From: Balanoglossus misakiensis
Lineage: Eukaryota; Animalia; Hemichordata
Reading direction: 5' to 3'
NCBI GenBank assembly: GCA_040954595.2
Contig: CM082586.2
Span: 7,781,337-7,845,336 of the forward strand
DNA length: 64,000 nt
Both the position numbers and the translations under genes were made by a program. The notes beneath the pieces were generated by a model. That model saw nothing but the letters and a program-made list of their open reading frames with translations. It ran no database searches and had not been told where the DNA came from. How positions within the stretch are numbered: the stretch's first letter is position 1; the number at the start of each line of letters is the position of its first letter. Positions 23,819 through 37,799 of the stretch are shown in pieces.

Positions 23819-26800
23819 ATGGCAAAGAGTACGTTAACAGGTACGTAACTGCAGGTCCAAAGTCCTCCAACTGGTATTTTCTGTCGTATTTTACGAGGCA
23901 CACCATTTTTGTTTTCAATAGAATATTAAACTCACCACAAAACGCGCAGGACGTTGAGAGAAAATACCAGTAGCAGAACTGTGGACCCATAGCTACGTCA
24001 CGCCGGGGTCACTGACCTCTTTGTACTATCCCAGCATACCCAGTTGATTTTATGCTCGTCAATAGGCCTACCTGTACAGACCATTGTTATATTTATTGAT
24101 AATTGCATTCCAGTCGGTACAAGAACAAATTAAAGCTGATTATGCGTCTATGGACTACCAGGATATTGAGAAGATAAACACTATACATTTAATCGTGCAA
24201 TGGAGCCCCTCTTTGGGGCACAATTGGCCGATTTTACACCAAGGCTAATAACATTCTGTTTGGGACAATTATTAATCGCATGGAAAGAATACGATGGACG
24301 AGGAAAGGCAACGTTAGGAGGAACTCGGCGTCAAAGTCGTTTGACCTTGTCAAACAATACTGTTTTTGTATGAAAGTAATAGCGGCACTTTGATGTGCAA
24401 CGTCATGCAAAGTCAACACTGCACTGTTTGTCATGATATAAATTGTAGCAATAAAACTTTTCACCCACTCCGACTTGCTAACAATTGTTTTATATGGGAC
24501 CGCCGGCCAGACGACACCCACGCTTTACCGCACATATTTGCCTTTCAGGTCCGACAAGTTTGGTTAACTTGTGTGCAGAGACTGTTGCGTTGAAGTATGG
24601 CGGCGGACAACTGATGAATGGACCGTTTGCTTTAAACGACCATCTAATGAAGAAAGTAAGGGCTTCTCAATTTTATTTATTTGCGATTTGGAGAACAAAT
24701 TGGAAGATTTAACTTTAACATTTCTGAAAGATACCAATGATGTAATTACACACAAGTGATCATTTTACATTTGTTCATCGTTATTCGCGAAAATTTATTG
24801 CGTCATACTGTAAAATAGGTTATTTTCGCGAGCAATAAATTTTCGCGAAATACACGAGAGTAAAAAAACGTGAAAATAAAAAGTCGCCTAATTTTTTCCC
24901 AGGGATACTGATGCAGAGAAATACGAGAATGTGAAAATTCATCCTCGTGTAACAGTTGCCTATTTTGATATCGCGAAAATTTCCTGTCGCGAAAATTGAA
25001 CCCGTTTCATTACAGTATATCCCGCACGTAGGCCCTATCCTATTGCAACTTTAATCGCTTTGCACTAATCGAGCAAGTGATCGTTGTTACAAGGTATTAA
25101 ACAAAGTAACATAACGGCGATTGTAATACATGTATGTCTTTATTAGATCTTCTATCTGGCATTTCCAACGACTGAGAGCACCATTCGCCTGTTTGCGTCC
25201 GTGACACATGGCACCGAGGATGGAAATGCGTGGAGCAAAGCTGAAGAAATCCTGGAAAAGGGGTGTATAATTGATGCTGTGCAGTCAGGTATCCCTGCCA
25301 TTCTTTCTCGCAATAGAGAATGTGACAAACTGTAAAATGATAGAGTTGTCTGAAACATGTTATATTTCATTACCTGCTCTATGTATAAAAATGACATTCA
25401 CTTTGATCTAAAAGTGAGGAAAACGAAACCATATGTGGACTGATGTGAAGGCTTTACGGGAGTCTTCGTCTGCAAATGGTGGTTACCAGAATATGTGATA
25501 CACTAGTTTTGTGCACTGATTTAAAAACAAAGCCTGTGTTTTATTTTAAATAACCAAAGACCTGTTAGACGTGTGTTTACACAAGAACGTTTTCGGTGTG
25601 TTCACCAACGTATTTACACCTACATGTAAGGTGATCATCTGTAACATGGTGGTCTTTCACGCCATTTCGGGGAATTAGGGCACATCTGAGGTGCAGTGCA
25701 CGGCTTAGTGCCGGTTAGGAATCGCACATTTACACAAACAAGATCTCTATCAAAAATTAATACACGTTTCCGCAGTCACTGTCGTACAATTGTCACCACG
25801 AATTTTATCATGTCATTTGTGTTTTCGTCAACAGGTTTTGTACTAAGCTGTACAGTGTACGAGGAGAGCGTTGACCCGGATGTGAACGATCAGTGGAGTC
25901 CAGATGCCCGGCCTTTTCATGTCTCTGCCAGCTTTGAGTGTCGACGAATAGTTCACACCACGTGCACGTCATGTGATGTGCTTTACTGTTGCCATGCTCT
26001 AGCCGCCATTTTGTACAGAATGCGTCAACCCCAGAAGGTGATCAATAAAAATGTTATGTGGTCCATCGATGATCGATGACATGACATGGACGACATTCTT
26101 GAGACGATGATCAGATAATTGTCCAAGTTTTCCACTTGTAAATCAAGTACGCGAACATTTATGTGTCCCATTTCTATCTCATCATAAAACAGTGTTTTGA
26201 GATGTGTGACGAAATTACTTCTTTTCAGGTTCCTCTCAGAAATTCGGTGTCCAGAGAACTGGACAACTTGTCAAGAGATCAGATGCAGACTCTTCTACAG
26301 TGGGTTCTGAGCAGTGACCCAGCCACTCTTTTTAAGAAGTCGTTCTGCCAAGCAGGTAAAATTATAAGAATAGTTTTGCCCTGGTTGACCTAAAATGGCC
26401 ATCTCTTTTGCTTATTGTTTCCAGTAAGGTGGCATCAGCTCGGGCGGCCAAAAAATATTCGAGAAATTTACGGTTGTGGTCTGGTGTTAACAGTCATGAA
26501 ATTTCGCGACACGCCTAACTCTAATGCTGACCCTGACACTATTACCCTAACGCTTAGCCTAAGGCTAATCTATCGCCAACCCTAACCAAATCAACCCAAA
26601 GTTTATAATAATGTGACAAGTTTAGGGGTGTTGAGACAAAATAGCAAATGTAGAAAAAAACTCCACTTTCGTGTGTAGTGACTACTGAGACTTTTAACTG
26701 TAATATGCCATACATTCATGTTTGTAACTATTAATTTCATTTGAATTAGAACAACTGCGGAGATCAAAGACAAATGTCACAACGAAAAGTGGTAACACAT

Positions 26801-29800
26801 TGGATCCAACCATCACATTGGCAACAAGTCCTGCAAGGCACTCTCTGGAGACTGCGCAGAAGTTCGGCGAAAATCTATACATACATCTTCAACAAGCGCT
26901 TGATTGTGGCGACCCATGTGAACACAGGTGAGTGCAACTATAAACCACGACTGAATTTTCAAATTAATACAACATACTGTCAATTTCATTTCTCAGTACA
27001 GACACCATATAACAAAATTGATTAAAGACAAATTACATTTTACTATTTACTATTTCGTTGAAAAGAAGAGTGTTGAGCGAAGTAACGTGTGGACTCAAGA
27101 TCAAAATGAATTTATTTTATTTACCACTCTAGGTTCTGTTACCATGGTTACAACCGATCCTTGAAAAGGGAGTCTTGTGAGCGAAGCAACTTATTGAAAC
27201 TAATGCAGCACATCCTTTCAGCTTTTAAAAGTCGAGATGATCTTCTTCAGGATTTGTTGCTAAGTGCATGTCAGGCCATCTTTTCCGGTAAGAGAAATAT
27301 GTTGTGCATAATAATGAGTCTTACCACTGTACTTTTGTCCTTGAGTGATAAAAGTTTTATGGTCACCTGTGACAAATTTAACCACACTACCATGACAAGT
27401 TCAGACTTAGCCAATAACAGATTTCATTTGGGTGGTCGCGGGAAATCAAGTGCGCCCTCACATGGTCATTCGAAGACTTGGGCACGCACTTTAAACCTTA
27501 AACCATATGTGGGTATATGCAATAAAAACTAGTAGTTGATTTACCTTTAATATTTTATAGTACGCATGATTTCGTGTAACTCCAAAGCTCATCATCTGAA
27601 TAGGTGCACAGCTCCATAACTTAAATTACTGTATATAAAGTTAATGTTATACATAATCAAGTTATCTGTGCCTCCGTTTCGCACATTGTCACTCGTATTC
27701 ATAAAGTTAGAAAGTGTATTTTCTGTCTCAAAGAACTCAGAGATCAGACAGCAAGCTGAAATCACTTTGGGTTTAATTGCAGTACTCCAAGATAACACAC
27801 AGGATGGCGGAATTGTACGCGATGAAACAATATGCCTTTTCTACCAGGATATCCAAGAACTTTTACAGGCATTGGTCTTCCGTTGTTATCAGCAGGAACG
27901 TTTGCATGATCTACGGAATCAACTACTCAACTTCGTGTTGTGAGTACTGTGTATTTTAAACCAATATTTCCCTGATGGAAGGATGTGTCCAATGTCTTTG
28001 ACATACACAGAGTAATGGTAGCTGGAGAAACGATAGGCGGTATAATCTCTACAACGTTGTTTCGTGAGTCACTGAGTGAGTCCAGCTGATATAACCTGAT
28101 CCCACTGATGTTTAACGTGCATATCACTACGTCAAGTGTAAAATATCTCCGATGATATTTCACGTGAAACGTCATCATTTCTTGTGTGTGCAGATTCTCG
28201 GAACTGTATTAACGAAAATGGGCCTTGGTTGTAAACAAAAGTAAACAGCTACGCAATCGTCAGACACCACTGTGGTGCAGCTCACAACCACACTTGCGGC
28301 TATGGCCAAACAAAGAAGTGATTTCGGGTGATAACCCCATATTGTTGACATAAGAAAACAGATACATCTTGATTTTTTTCATTTTTTTTACAGGAACAGA
28401 GAACAAGCGAAGAAGCTTCAGAGAACGGACCACACAGACCAACTGGTCAGTTTGTACCGCTTGTTCAATGGGAAGAAAACTGTGCTTATGCAACACATCG
28501 AAGACATGAAGTCAGAATCGTCCGAAACCAAGCAAACGGTTAATTTATACCAGGACATTCTGCACCTGATAGATTTCCTCATGGCAGATAGTGAAGCAGA
28601 TAGCAGGCAAGTTAAAAGGGGTTTGTAACTATGGGTCCCAGGCGACACATTAAATCGAAGTAGGCTGTGAAATAAAGGGTAGGGGTCATCTTGTGTGAGT
28701 CAGCGAGTATGGGTCCCATACACTTGCTAGTAAATTAAAGTAGGTCCAAAGTGCAACTGCCACAATGCACACCCTTGCAAACAGTGTGGTGTTACTTTGT
28801 ACAACGTTATGGAAAATAGTATGTCACTACTCTGACATTTTCAACTTACTTTGATAAAACATGGTCTGCTTGTCAGGGTCTCCTAGGCAGTGGGAAAAAT
28901 GCCAGAAAAGTCGCCAATTTGCAATTCAGACGACCCTCCCTATTAAACCCTGTCATGATTGTTGGTTTTCTCTCAACAGGAAAGTATGGTCAGTTCTCGT
29001 ACTTCATCATTAAATATCGCTTAAAAACTAATATAACATTAAGTTTTTCATTTATTACTCTAAAATCCTGGTTATTTACCTATTTATTCACAACGGTCAT
29101 TTTGTGGAAATGTTAAGACAATAATTGCACAGCTTTCCTGATTCTTTCATTTCTACGTGACAAATATTAACCTACTGTAGTGGTGGTGGTGGTTTATATT
29201 CTGTGGAGACCTTTCAGCATGTAGAAGTATTCAACAAGGGTTGTGAAATACAAAAAACATAGGATGGGGTTATTTAAATGATTTCATGTTTACTATTCCA
29301 GGAGAGTGGTTTCCCTACTTGAACGCGATATTCCATTGTTTGCTGCGTTTCTGAACAGCATTATGTTGTTTGGGTTGGAGGTCAAGTTCATAAAATTGGC
29401 AACAAAATTCTTGGCAATCTTAATAGATCGTGCTGAAAAGGTAATGACGTTTATGTTAATGCATTGATCTGCATATTTAGTTATTTCTAATGCAGTCTCC
29501 GGTACATAGATAACCGCTTTAAATAATGGAGATCTATTCAACCGGACTTGACTCGTGCGAGCTTGAAAACAGGTCCATTTAGACAATGTATGGGGGCATG
29601 TGTAAATTAGTTATAAATGCATACATTTAAGTAAACTAGTATGTTTCTATTTATTTTTATTTTGCCATGCCTCTGCCTCCCAGGCTTATATTTTAAAGCC
29701 ATTTAAACATTTGTTGTTTCAGTTCACTTTGCTGTCGACAGTCTATCTTTCCAACAAAGATGTTCAACAAGCAAGGCAACATCGTAAGTTACACAGCCAC

Positions 29801-32800
29801 ACAAAGTTTCTTACATGTTCTGCAATTCTGCTTCCTCTACTGCGTATTCTTATTTGGCATTCACGAATTACCGTATGTGGGTGAATTCAAGTGGATGCTG
29901 GCTTCGGTGTTATCTAATTCAAAGCTAAATTTGTGCAATTTTCGCTAAAATCTAGAGTTAATGCAGCTAATTTTATTAATCTTGTAATGTAATCGTTTTC
30001 AGTTCATAGTTGGTGCTAATCTAATGCTTAAAACTACTATTATGTTACTGATCATTGGTAGGTACAGTGTCCTTTACGCTGTTTTTTCAAGTGACTTGAT
30101 TGTACAGATCATGTTGTTTGAAGCGCGCTGCCCATACTGTATCAGTGTTTGTTTATGGATTAACCCTTTCTACGCCAAGGACAGGTCAACTTATAGTCCC
30201 ATTTGACGAAATAACCCCCAGTTACTTTTTCCACATTTTTTCTAAATAATTGAATAAGACTTTGATAATGCCAGTGGAACATTACGACCATTTTGTAAAA
30301 AAATAGACAACATGAATAAAAGAGGTTATTCTTTTGCATATGATTTCAGGATTGTCGTCAGAAGCAGTAGATGGCGGGACTGTTGCTGAAAACGTGGACA
30401 CAAAATCCGAGAATTACCGAGATGCGTACCTTCAATTGTCCCACCTTCTGTTGTACTTCACACACCTGGTCTTCGTGAAGAGCAAAGAAACAAAGACTTG
30501 TTGTCCCTGCCCGCAGACGATTATCCATGCCGCGGTGTGTGCTTTGGAAATGGCAACAGCACGCCTACTGTTTTTTGGCCAACTGGCATTGCCCGCCGTG
30601 GAAAAGTTTCGGAAACTCGAGCGGGGCATCCGAGACAATATGCTTGGTAAGACAATCTTGGTTGCAGTGTTAGTTGTCTTCACTGCAATGTCTTTTACTA
30701 CTCATATTTGTTCATGCGAATATGTATAGACCAAAACAAGGCTTGTTGTTACAGTTGCATTAACGTGCAAAAGGATTAATGCTTACTCATAGATTTGATT
30801 TGATTTTACAACGGTAACTCATGAGTTTTAGAAAAAGCGATTTTCTAGGGATTACATTTAAAATAAATGACATTTAAGGCCCCCGTTATGCATAAGTGCA
30901 AATGATAACCTGAATATTTATCTAATCATGCCCTGCTGTTGTCTTTATTTCAAAGATTGTTCACACCCACTCATCGCTCCCACGAAGTCATTTAAAGCAG
31001 AGGTAATGCGAGCATGCGCATTGGAACTGTCCAGAAAATACAAGTGCATACAGGACCGTACTCCACCTTTGGTACTAGTGGACTTGCTGTTGTCGACACA
31101 AGGGACAGACAGTGCAATGGCAGAAATACTGATAGAGATGTACACGGATATTCTCACCTACTCGTCGTCGCCCTTCATGGCAGATGTCGCGACGCTGTCA
31201 TGGCACGACAGTAAGTTTGAGGGCGCTAAGCTGTGGACGAACACACTGGACAATTTGATCCGGGCAGTGAAGAAGCAGAGAGAAAATTCCGCTCTCAAAC
31301 AACATACTGATTTCGTTATAAGCAGGGTGAGTATTAATGTTCCAAGACGATGATGTTTGAGTCATATGACTAATGGCTGTACCTTTTAAAGTAAAATAAA
31401 TTCTTAATTCCTCGGCCCTTGTCACTATTATATTCCTTTTCTCACCCATGTTAAAAAATTTCTATACAATGGATGTTATACAAACTCGCCAGAAGGGTAA
31501 AGCTTTTCCACCACGCGGGTCATGTTGAGATTTGCACAGCATTAGTGTGTGACTGCTTCCTATTTTGACTTCATGATCGATACATGGCGGGTGCCACTTG
31601 TGGGCAGGATTGCTCACTATTTTCAGAACACCTGACGTCACTTCCTGGTCTTTCAATCAGGAACTTGACTTTGGTCATGTGTTGATTGTCTGTGCAGTGC
31701 TTTTCTTACTTTTGGCTTGCAACTGTGTATAATTTGACCTATGAACTTTTTAGTCTGTGGATGAGTATGATCACAAGTATTTTGTGCCAATAGAAATGCC
31801 CACGTCAACAAATATGGTACTTTGGCTGATGGGATTGACCATAATACTGAGAGTATGATAACCATAACAATTAAAATACATATTTTTCAGGTTTTCGCAA
31901 AACTAGAAGACCTTACATCACGTAAACTCAAAGAAGAAACCACTAAATGCGTATTGAATGCCGACATACAAGGTTTACATACTTTTGTGAAGATGTCAAT
32001 AGCGAAGTTCTGCATGAAAGTCGCGTATGACCCACTTATGTACATACCGCGATGCCAAGTGAAGCAAATCCTCCAAATGACCGCTGCTCTAGAGTGCGGC
32101 AGTGATCAGATAATTGCTCTTGTGAAGAAGGAGATGACTGCGCACGACATCCTTGAATACGTTTCATTTTTGAAGGAATCGTTTGGTCAGGAATCCTGGA
32201 GTGCAATGTGCCTTATTAGCTCATCCGTTAATTGGCTTGTACCTGCTGCAGTTGCTACGAATTCCAGACACGATGAAGCTTTCGTGGAGATGCTGACCTC
32301 TGATTTGGACCTTGGTCCGAACATTCTATCTTTGCTTGAACTTCCCGAGAAAATCCTCTCAAACAGCAAACATTATGACACCTCGGCGTTGCTTGCTCTA
32401 GGGGAGTATTTCTATAACGCCAACCAAATAAGCATCGGTGTAGACTTCATAAAGGCAGCATTTTCAAGGGTGTTGGACGACATATACCTGAATGAACAGA
32501 AAGATAACCTTTCTCGACTACACTGGGTCTTGCTAAATCTCCCAGGGGACCAACTGAAGGCTCTGCTTGAGGACTCGTCGGTTGTGAAGGGTCTATTCAC
32601 GGGAGCCGTCGTAGGTTACGTCAGCTGCAGAGATTGTAGTTTCGCGTATCCTATCAGCGACAGTAAATGGGAAAAAGTCTGTAGCTTTTTGAACGCGGTG
32701 TACAACAGTATTTCTGAGGTTCACGATTCGCCCCAGGCCGAGGAAATCACCCTGGACTGTTTCGCCAAATGTCTTTGCAGAATGGTCAGGTACTGCCCTG

Positions 32801-32988
32801 CGAGAAAGCCCGTGTACAGGAACCTGATCAGAATGTTTCGTTCTGCAATCTTGTGGTGTCAGGAAAGGGGAATGGCGAGTTGTAAAATTGTGGAACACGT
32901 GGGCAATCTTGTGTCGTCTGCGGTTCCATCCGGTCGTCAGTTACTGCAGAGTATGGTGGATGAGGTTGTACAAGGGTTGGGGGAATAA
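23819..32988 (+). CDS. Multi-exon divergent ZSWIM4/5/6/8-like protein (BC-box + SWIM zinc finger + helical region)
   Basis: Phase-consistent exons 23819-23840, 24549-24655, 25147-25288, 25835-26037, 26229-26355, 26750-..., last 31891-32988. Motifs TSLVNLCAETVA (BC-box), IFYLAFP, GFVLSCTV, VSASFECRRI..TCTSC...CCHALAAILYR (SWIM), LSRDQMQTLLQW and DPT. Middle exons only partly traced. Confidence 0.8.
24806..25017. mobile_element. MITE with tactgtaaaa...tacagta ends and internal ttcgcg/cgcgaaaa repeats
   Basis: Terminal inverted TACTGTA; a related fragment lies at ~46414-46507. Confidence 0.55.
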
Positions 32989-34848
32989 CGTAATATTATT
33001 TACAGTCGTTCGGCTAAAAACAAAGTCTCAAGCATATTAAAGAATTCAAAGTTCCATGAATACGACCGCAACCAACCGAAATATGCAAATCAGTTGAAAA
33101 TGCCGAACAGATTTGTTAAATTATTGCCAATGTGGTTTTTTTTTTAATTGTTTTTATAAATATTTTTTTGTACGATTTCTCTCTTTGGGGAAAACTTCGC
33201 TGAAAAAGTTTGTCCTTATGCTTCGGTATTTTACGAGGATACAGTATTTGTGAATAAAGTGTAGGTTTGCAGTTATCGAGTTGTAAAGTGTATTCAACTT
33301 AATTCTGTCTGTTTGTTAGAAAGATTTGTAGCAGAAAAAAATTGAAGCGGAGAAGTGGAGTGATTTCAGGAAGACGCCAGTATGATATTGAAAAGCAGAT
33401 TTCTGAAATAAAATCAAAGTTGTCTGCTGTGAAGACCCATCCTCTGTTGTCAGGAACTATTGTCAGGAAACAGTGGGATTGAACCTGATGGAGACCAAAT
33501 TATTTTGAGACAAAATGAGGAAAGAATCAGCAAGATAAAGAAGGACACTGAATCACTGATGAACATTATTACAAAGAGTGAAATTGTTAACTTTACAAAG
33601 AATGGGAAACTTATCACTGGAAGGGATACTGCCAGCTCATTTCATACACAGGCAAGTGCAACACTTCTCCACCTGGAGAAAAGAGGTTCTGAGTATGTAA
33701 ATCCATGTGCAGTTTTCTAAAACATCAAACGGGAGCCGTCGTAGGTTACGTCAGCTGCAGAGATTGTAGTTTCGCGTATCCTATCAGCGACAGTAAATGG
33801 GAAAAAGTCTGTAGCTTTTTGAACGCGGTGTACAACAGTATTTCTGAGGTTCACGATTCGCCCCAGGCCGAGGAAATCACCCTGGACTGTTTCGCCAAAT
33901 GTCTTTGCAGAATGGTCAGGTACTGCCCTGCGAGAAAGCCCGTGTACAGGAACCTGATCAGAATGTTTCGTTCTGCAATCTTGTGGTGTCAGGAAAGGGG
34001 AATGGCGAGTTGTAAAATTGTGGAACACGTGGGCAATCTTGTGTCGTCTGCGGTTCCATCCGGTCGTCAGTTACTGCAGAGTATGGTGGATGAGGTTGTA
34101 CAAGGGTTGGGGGAATAACGTAATATTATTTACAGTCGTTCGGCTAAAAACAAAGTCTCAATCATATTAAAGAATTCAAAGTTCCATGAATACGACCGCA
34201 ACCAACCGAAATATGCAAATCAGTTGAAAATGCCGAACAGATTTGTTAAATTATTGCCAATGTGGTTTTTTTTTAATTGTTTTTATAAATATTTTTTGTA
34301 CGATTTCTCTCTTTGGGGAAAACTTCGCTGAAAAAGTTTGTCCTTATGCTTCGGTATTTTACGAGGATACAGTATTTGTGAATAAAGTGTAGGTTTGCAG
34401 TTATCGAGTTGTAAAGTGTATTCAACTTAATTCTGTCTGTTTGTTAGAAAGATTTGTAGCAGAAAAAAATTGAAGCGGAGAAGTGGAGTGATTTCAGGAA
34501 GACGCCAGTATGATATTGAAAAGCAGATTTCTGAAATAAAATCAAAGTTGTCTGCTGTGAAGACCCATCCTCTGTTGTCAGGAACTATTGTCAGGAAACA
34601 GTGGGATTGAACCTGATGGAGACCAAATTATTTTGAGACAAAATGAGGAAAGAATCAGCAAGATAAAGTAGGACACTGAATCACTGAGGAACATTATTAC
34701 AAGGAGTGAAAACGTTAACTTTACAAAGAATGGGAAACTTATCACTGGAAGGGAAGCTGCCAACTTATTTCATACACAGGCAAGTACAACACTTCTCCAC
34801 CTGGAAAAAAGAGGTTCCGAGTATAAGTCCAGTTCTCTAAAACATCAA
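32599..34848 (+). repeat. 1130-bp tandem duplication of the ZSWIM-like 3' coding end, 3'UTR and flank
   Basis: acgggagccgtcgtagg at 32599 and 33729; ORF 33705-34118 repeats the last ~129 aa of 31822-32988. Confidence 0.95.
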
Positions 34849-35079
34849 AGTTTAAAGAGGAAACAGAAACAGAAACGTTTTCCAGTGGATGATATCATGC
34901 TTTGTTTAGGACGTTTCATAGAAAATTTCCCAAAAGTATCAGGTCATTGGGCTTTGATGTCATATCATAGTGTATTTCGTTAGTACAGCTCAGTCTGCTG
35001 TAAATTGTTAAATCAACAATATTTCCTGTAGATGCACGAGCTTGATGACATGTCCAATGTTTACATTTATTATTATTAG

Positions 35080-35500
35080 CAGAAATGAATGTCAATGGTG
35101 CTCACGACAAGAAGGCCATTGACACTGACATCAAAACAGCTATAATTAGTAAGTAATCATGAAATTTTTCATTTGCTATCACCTCTTTGATAGGAAAATA
35201 TTTAAGAGAAGTGGCATTGCAGACAAGGGCTTGACCATAGCAAACATATGTTGAAGGAAAGGGAGGTTTTTAATGAATACTCCACCATTTCTTGAGCAGA
35301 GTGGTCAATTTAATGCACAGGAAGTTGCCGCAACACAAGAGATAGCACCAGAAAGGATTATTTGAGTGAGCAATACATAAAATCAAACATTTCTACTCTT
35401 GGCCAGGGATAGATTATTTCCACTTTCGATATTTTGTAGTGTAAATCAAATGTGGACAGTATGTGCTGTCTTGTGTAATATGTAGGATCCAATTATAAGC
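35080..35500 (+). pseudogene. PIF/Harbinger-ISL2EU-type DDE (DDE_Tnp_4) transposase remnant
   Basis: Broken frames read ADKGL, NTPPF, QFNAQEVAATQEIA.ERI and NQMWTVCAVLCN, typical of this family. Confidence 0.65.
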
Positions 35501-36011
35501 ATACAAGAATGCATGCAAGCATTTGAAAATTCAAATGTTTCCTGGAAGATCTACCGGTACCACCAAGTTCCAGTTAATCATCAATATCTATTGTTAGAGA
35601 TGGAATCAGCAAGTGTTGCTTGCCGCAGGGTTGGATCCAACAGTGTACAACATCGCTATGTTCTCATATTAGAGCTAGCAAGTGAAAATCTATGGCAAAG
35701 ACTGTAAAAAATGACTAATTTAAAGTTTTGTGACATTTCCACCGATGGTAACAGGAATTTCAATGGCTCTACCAGGTACAGTTGGTAGGTGCAGTTCACA
35801 ATTGCTGCCGTTGCATTGAGAATCCAGACAAAAAATTCAAGGCGGCAGCTAATATAGAAAACGGTGTGTTCTTGAGTTTGGGGTGAGAAAACAACATTGT
35901 CTGGTATCAGCACAATATAAGAGTGAGAACTTCTGTAGACCCACTGAATACACAACCCTGGTGATGGTAGAAATTTGCAATAAGAGGTGTATTTCACGAT
36001 GGTTATTTCCG

Positions 36012-37631
36012 AATCTTCGTTTACGAGTACCCAGTCTTCTGTTCACTGGTGATTAAGTTTCCTCGCGAAATTTTAGAGATCACGAGACTTAGTTCTCTTG
36101 GGAATCTTTTTATTGACGCATAAAGACTTCTCCGGCTGAATATGAGAACAACTCTTATTAACATCCCAGCCTTTCGGCTCGTGTGAAAAAGATTAAAAGA
36201 TTCAATTACTCTTTGACTTAGAGCCGAATGAAAAACATTGAAGAGATAAATAGATAATGCATATATTTCCCCCAGACAATACAGAAGGGTGGTTAGACTT
36301 CTTCACATATGTGACTCACCTGTGGCACTTCTAGTTTTACTTTGATCGCAATTGTATACTGGATAGTTACTTTATTGATAACTGGACATGTATTTTACAA
36401 AGTTTCAGCAATATGATCAAGTGAAGAAAATATATAAGTTTTGAGTGTTTTCTAAAAATGACGTTTTTGGGCAAAAAGTGGCAAAATGGCATTTTTATTG
36501 AGTAGGGTCAATAAGATTGCTATTTCTGGAATCAGCACCATTTTTTACATATAATGAATATTTCATATATCAAATGATCTCTGAATATGAAGGAAACAAT
36601 TTGTTTGATGTAGTATTTTTAGTAAAAATTACCTTTTTTGACCTCAAAAAGTGGCCAAAAATGGCAATTTTGTATTGATTGAGGTCAAAAAGACTGCTTT
36701 ATTTTTTAAAGTCACCACTTTTAACATAGAATTGACTTTCCATATATCACCAGATAAACCATTATGAAGAAAACCGTGTGTTTTAGTTTTTTCTAAAAAT
36801 GACGTTTTTTGGGCAAAAAATGGTCAAAAAAGCAATTTTGTGTTGTTTTGGGTAAATCGGACTACTTTTTTCGTAATATTCATGAAATTTTACATAGAAT
36901 AAGCATATCATATGTCATCAGATCTCAGAATGTGACGAAAACAGTGTGTTCTTAGTGTTTTCTAAAAAATAACCTTTTTTGGGTTAAAAATGGCCAAAAT
37001 AGCAATTTTGTCTTGAGTGGGGTCAATAAGACTGACGTTTTTGGAATCAGCACCATTTTTACATAGAATGGACTTCTCAAACCTTCCTTACCAAAAATTC
37101 TGATTAACGGCACCTATCTCCTAGGGTATAACCTCTAAATAATTTCATTTCTTCGATGTTTCCAATGATTTCCACGGTCTTGTGTTTGGAGTTAGATTCG
37201 GCTGACTAGAACTCGTGTGTATCTGATCATATTGCTGAAACTTTGTAAAATACGTGTCCAGTTATCAATAAAGTAACTATCCAGTATACAATTGCGATCA
37301 AAGTAAAACTAGAAGTGCCACAGGCGAGTCACATCTGTGAAGAAGTCTAAACACCCTTCTGTATTGTCTGGGGGAAATAAATGCATTATCTATTAATCTC
37401 TTCAATGTTTTTCATTCGGCTGTAAGTCAAAGAGTAATGGAATCTTTTATTCTCTTTCACGCGAGCCGAAAGGCTGGGATGTAAATAGGAGTTGTTCTCG
37501 TATTCAGCCGGAGAAGTCTTTATGCGTCAATAAAATGATTCCCAAGAGAACTAAGTCTCATGATCTCTAAAATTTCGCGAGGAAACTTAATCACCAGTGA
37601 ACAGAAGACTGGGTACTCGTAAACGAAAATT
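36012..37631. mobile_element. Foldback-type element: ~408-bp terminal inverted repeats around a ~170-bp tandem array
   Basis: 36012-36419 is the reverse complement of 37224-37631 (cgtttacgagtacccagtcttctg.../...cagaagactgggtactcgtaaacg). Internal units begin ~36440, 36610, 36781 and 36951. Confidence 0.9.
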
Positions 37632-37799
37632 ATAATAGTTGACAAATAAAATCGTTAGGAATCGTCTATATATAGCCATAATAGTTTGAATGCCTCAGTC
37701 GCCGATTCTAGCAACCGAAAATAGATTTTGCAGCTTTCTCAGAGAGAAATTTATCAGATACATACATGTAGCTGCAGCATCATACCGGAATTCTGGAAG

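Noticed and set aside
26514-26600. Interstitial telomeric repeat
   Set aside because: Only a few degenerate CCCTAA-like units inside an intronic repeat; a common MITE feature.
35513-36000. Possible P-element/THAP9-type N-terminal remnant
   Set aside because: Only a weak LPQGW resemblance in broken frames; not supportable.
36440-37080. CRISPR-like or other spacer array
   Set aside because: Units are ~170-bp diverged tandem repeats without unique spacers; no cas genes; eukaryotic context.
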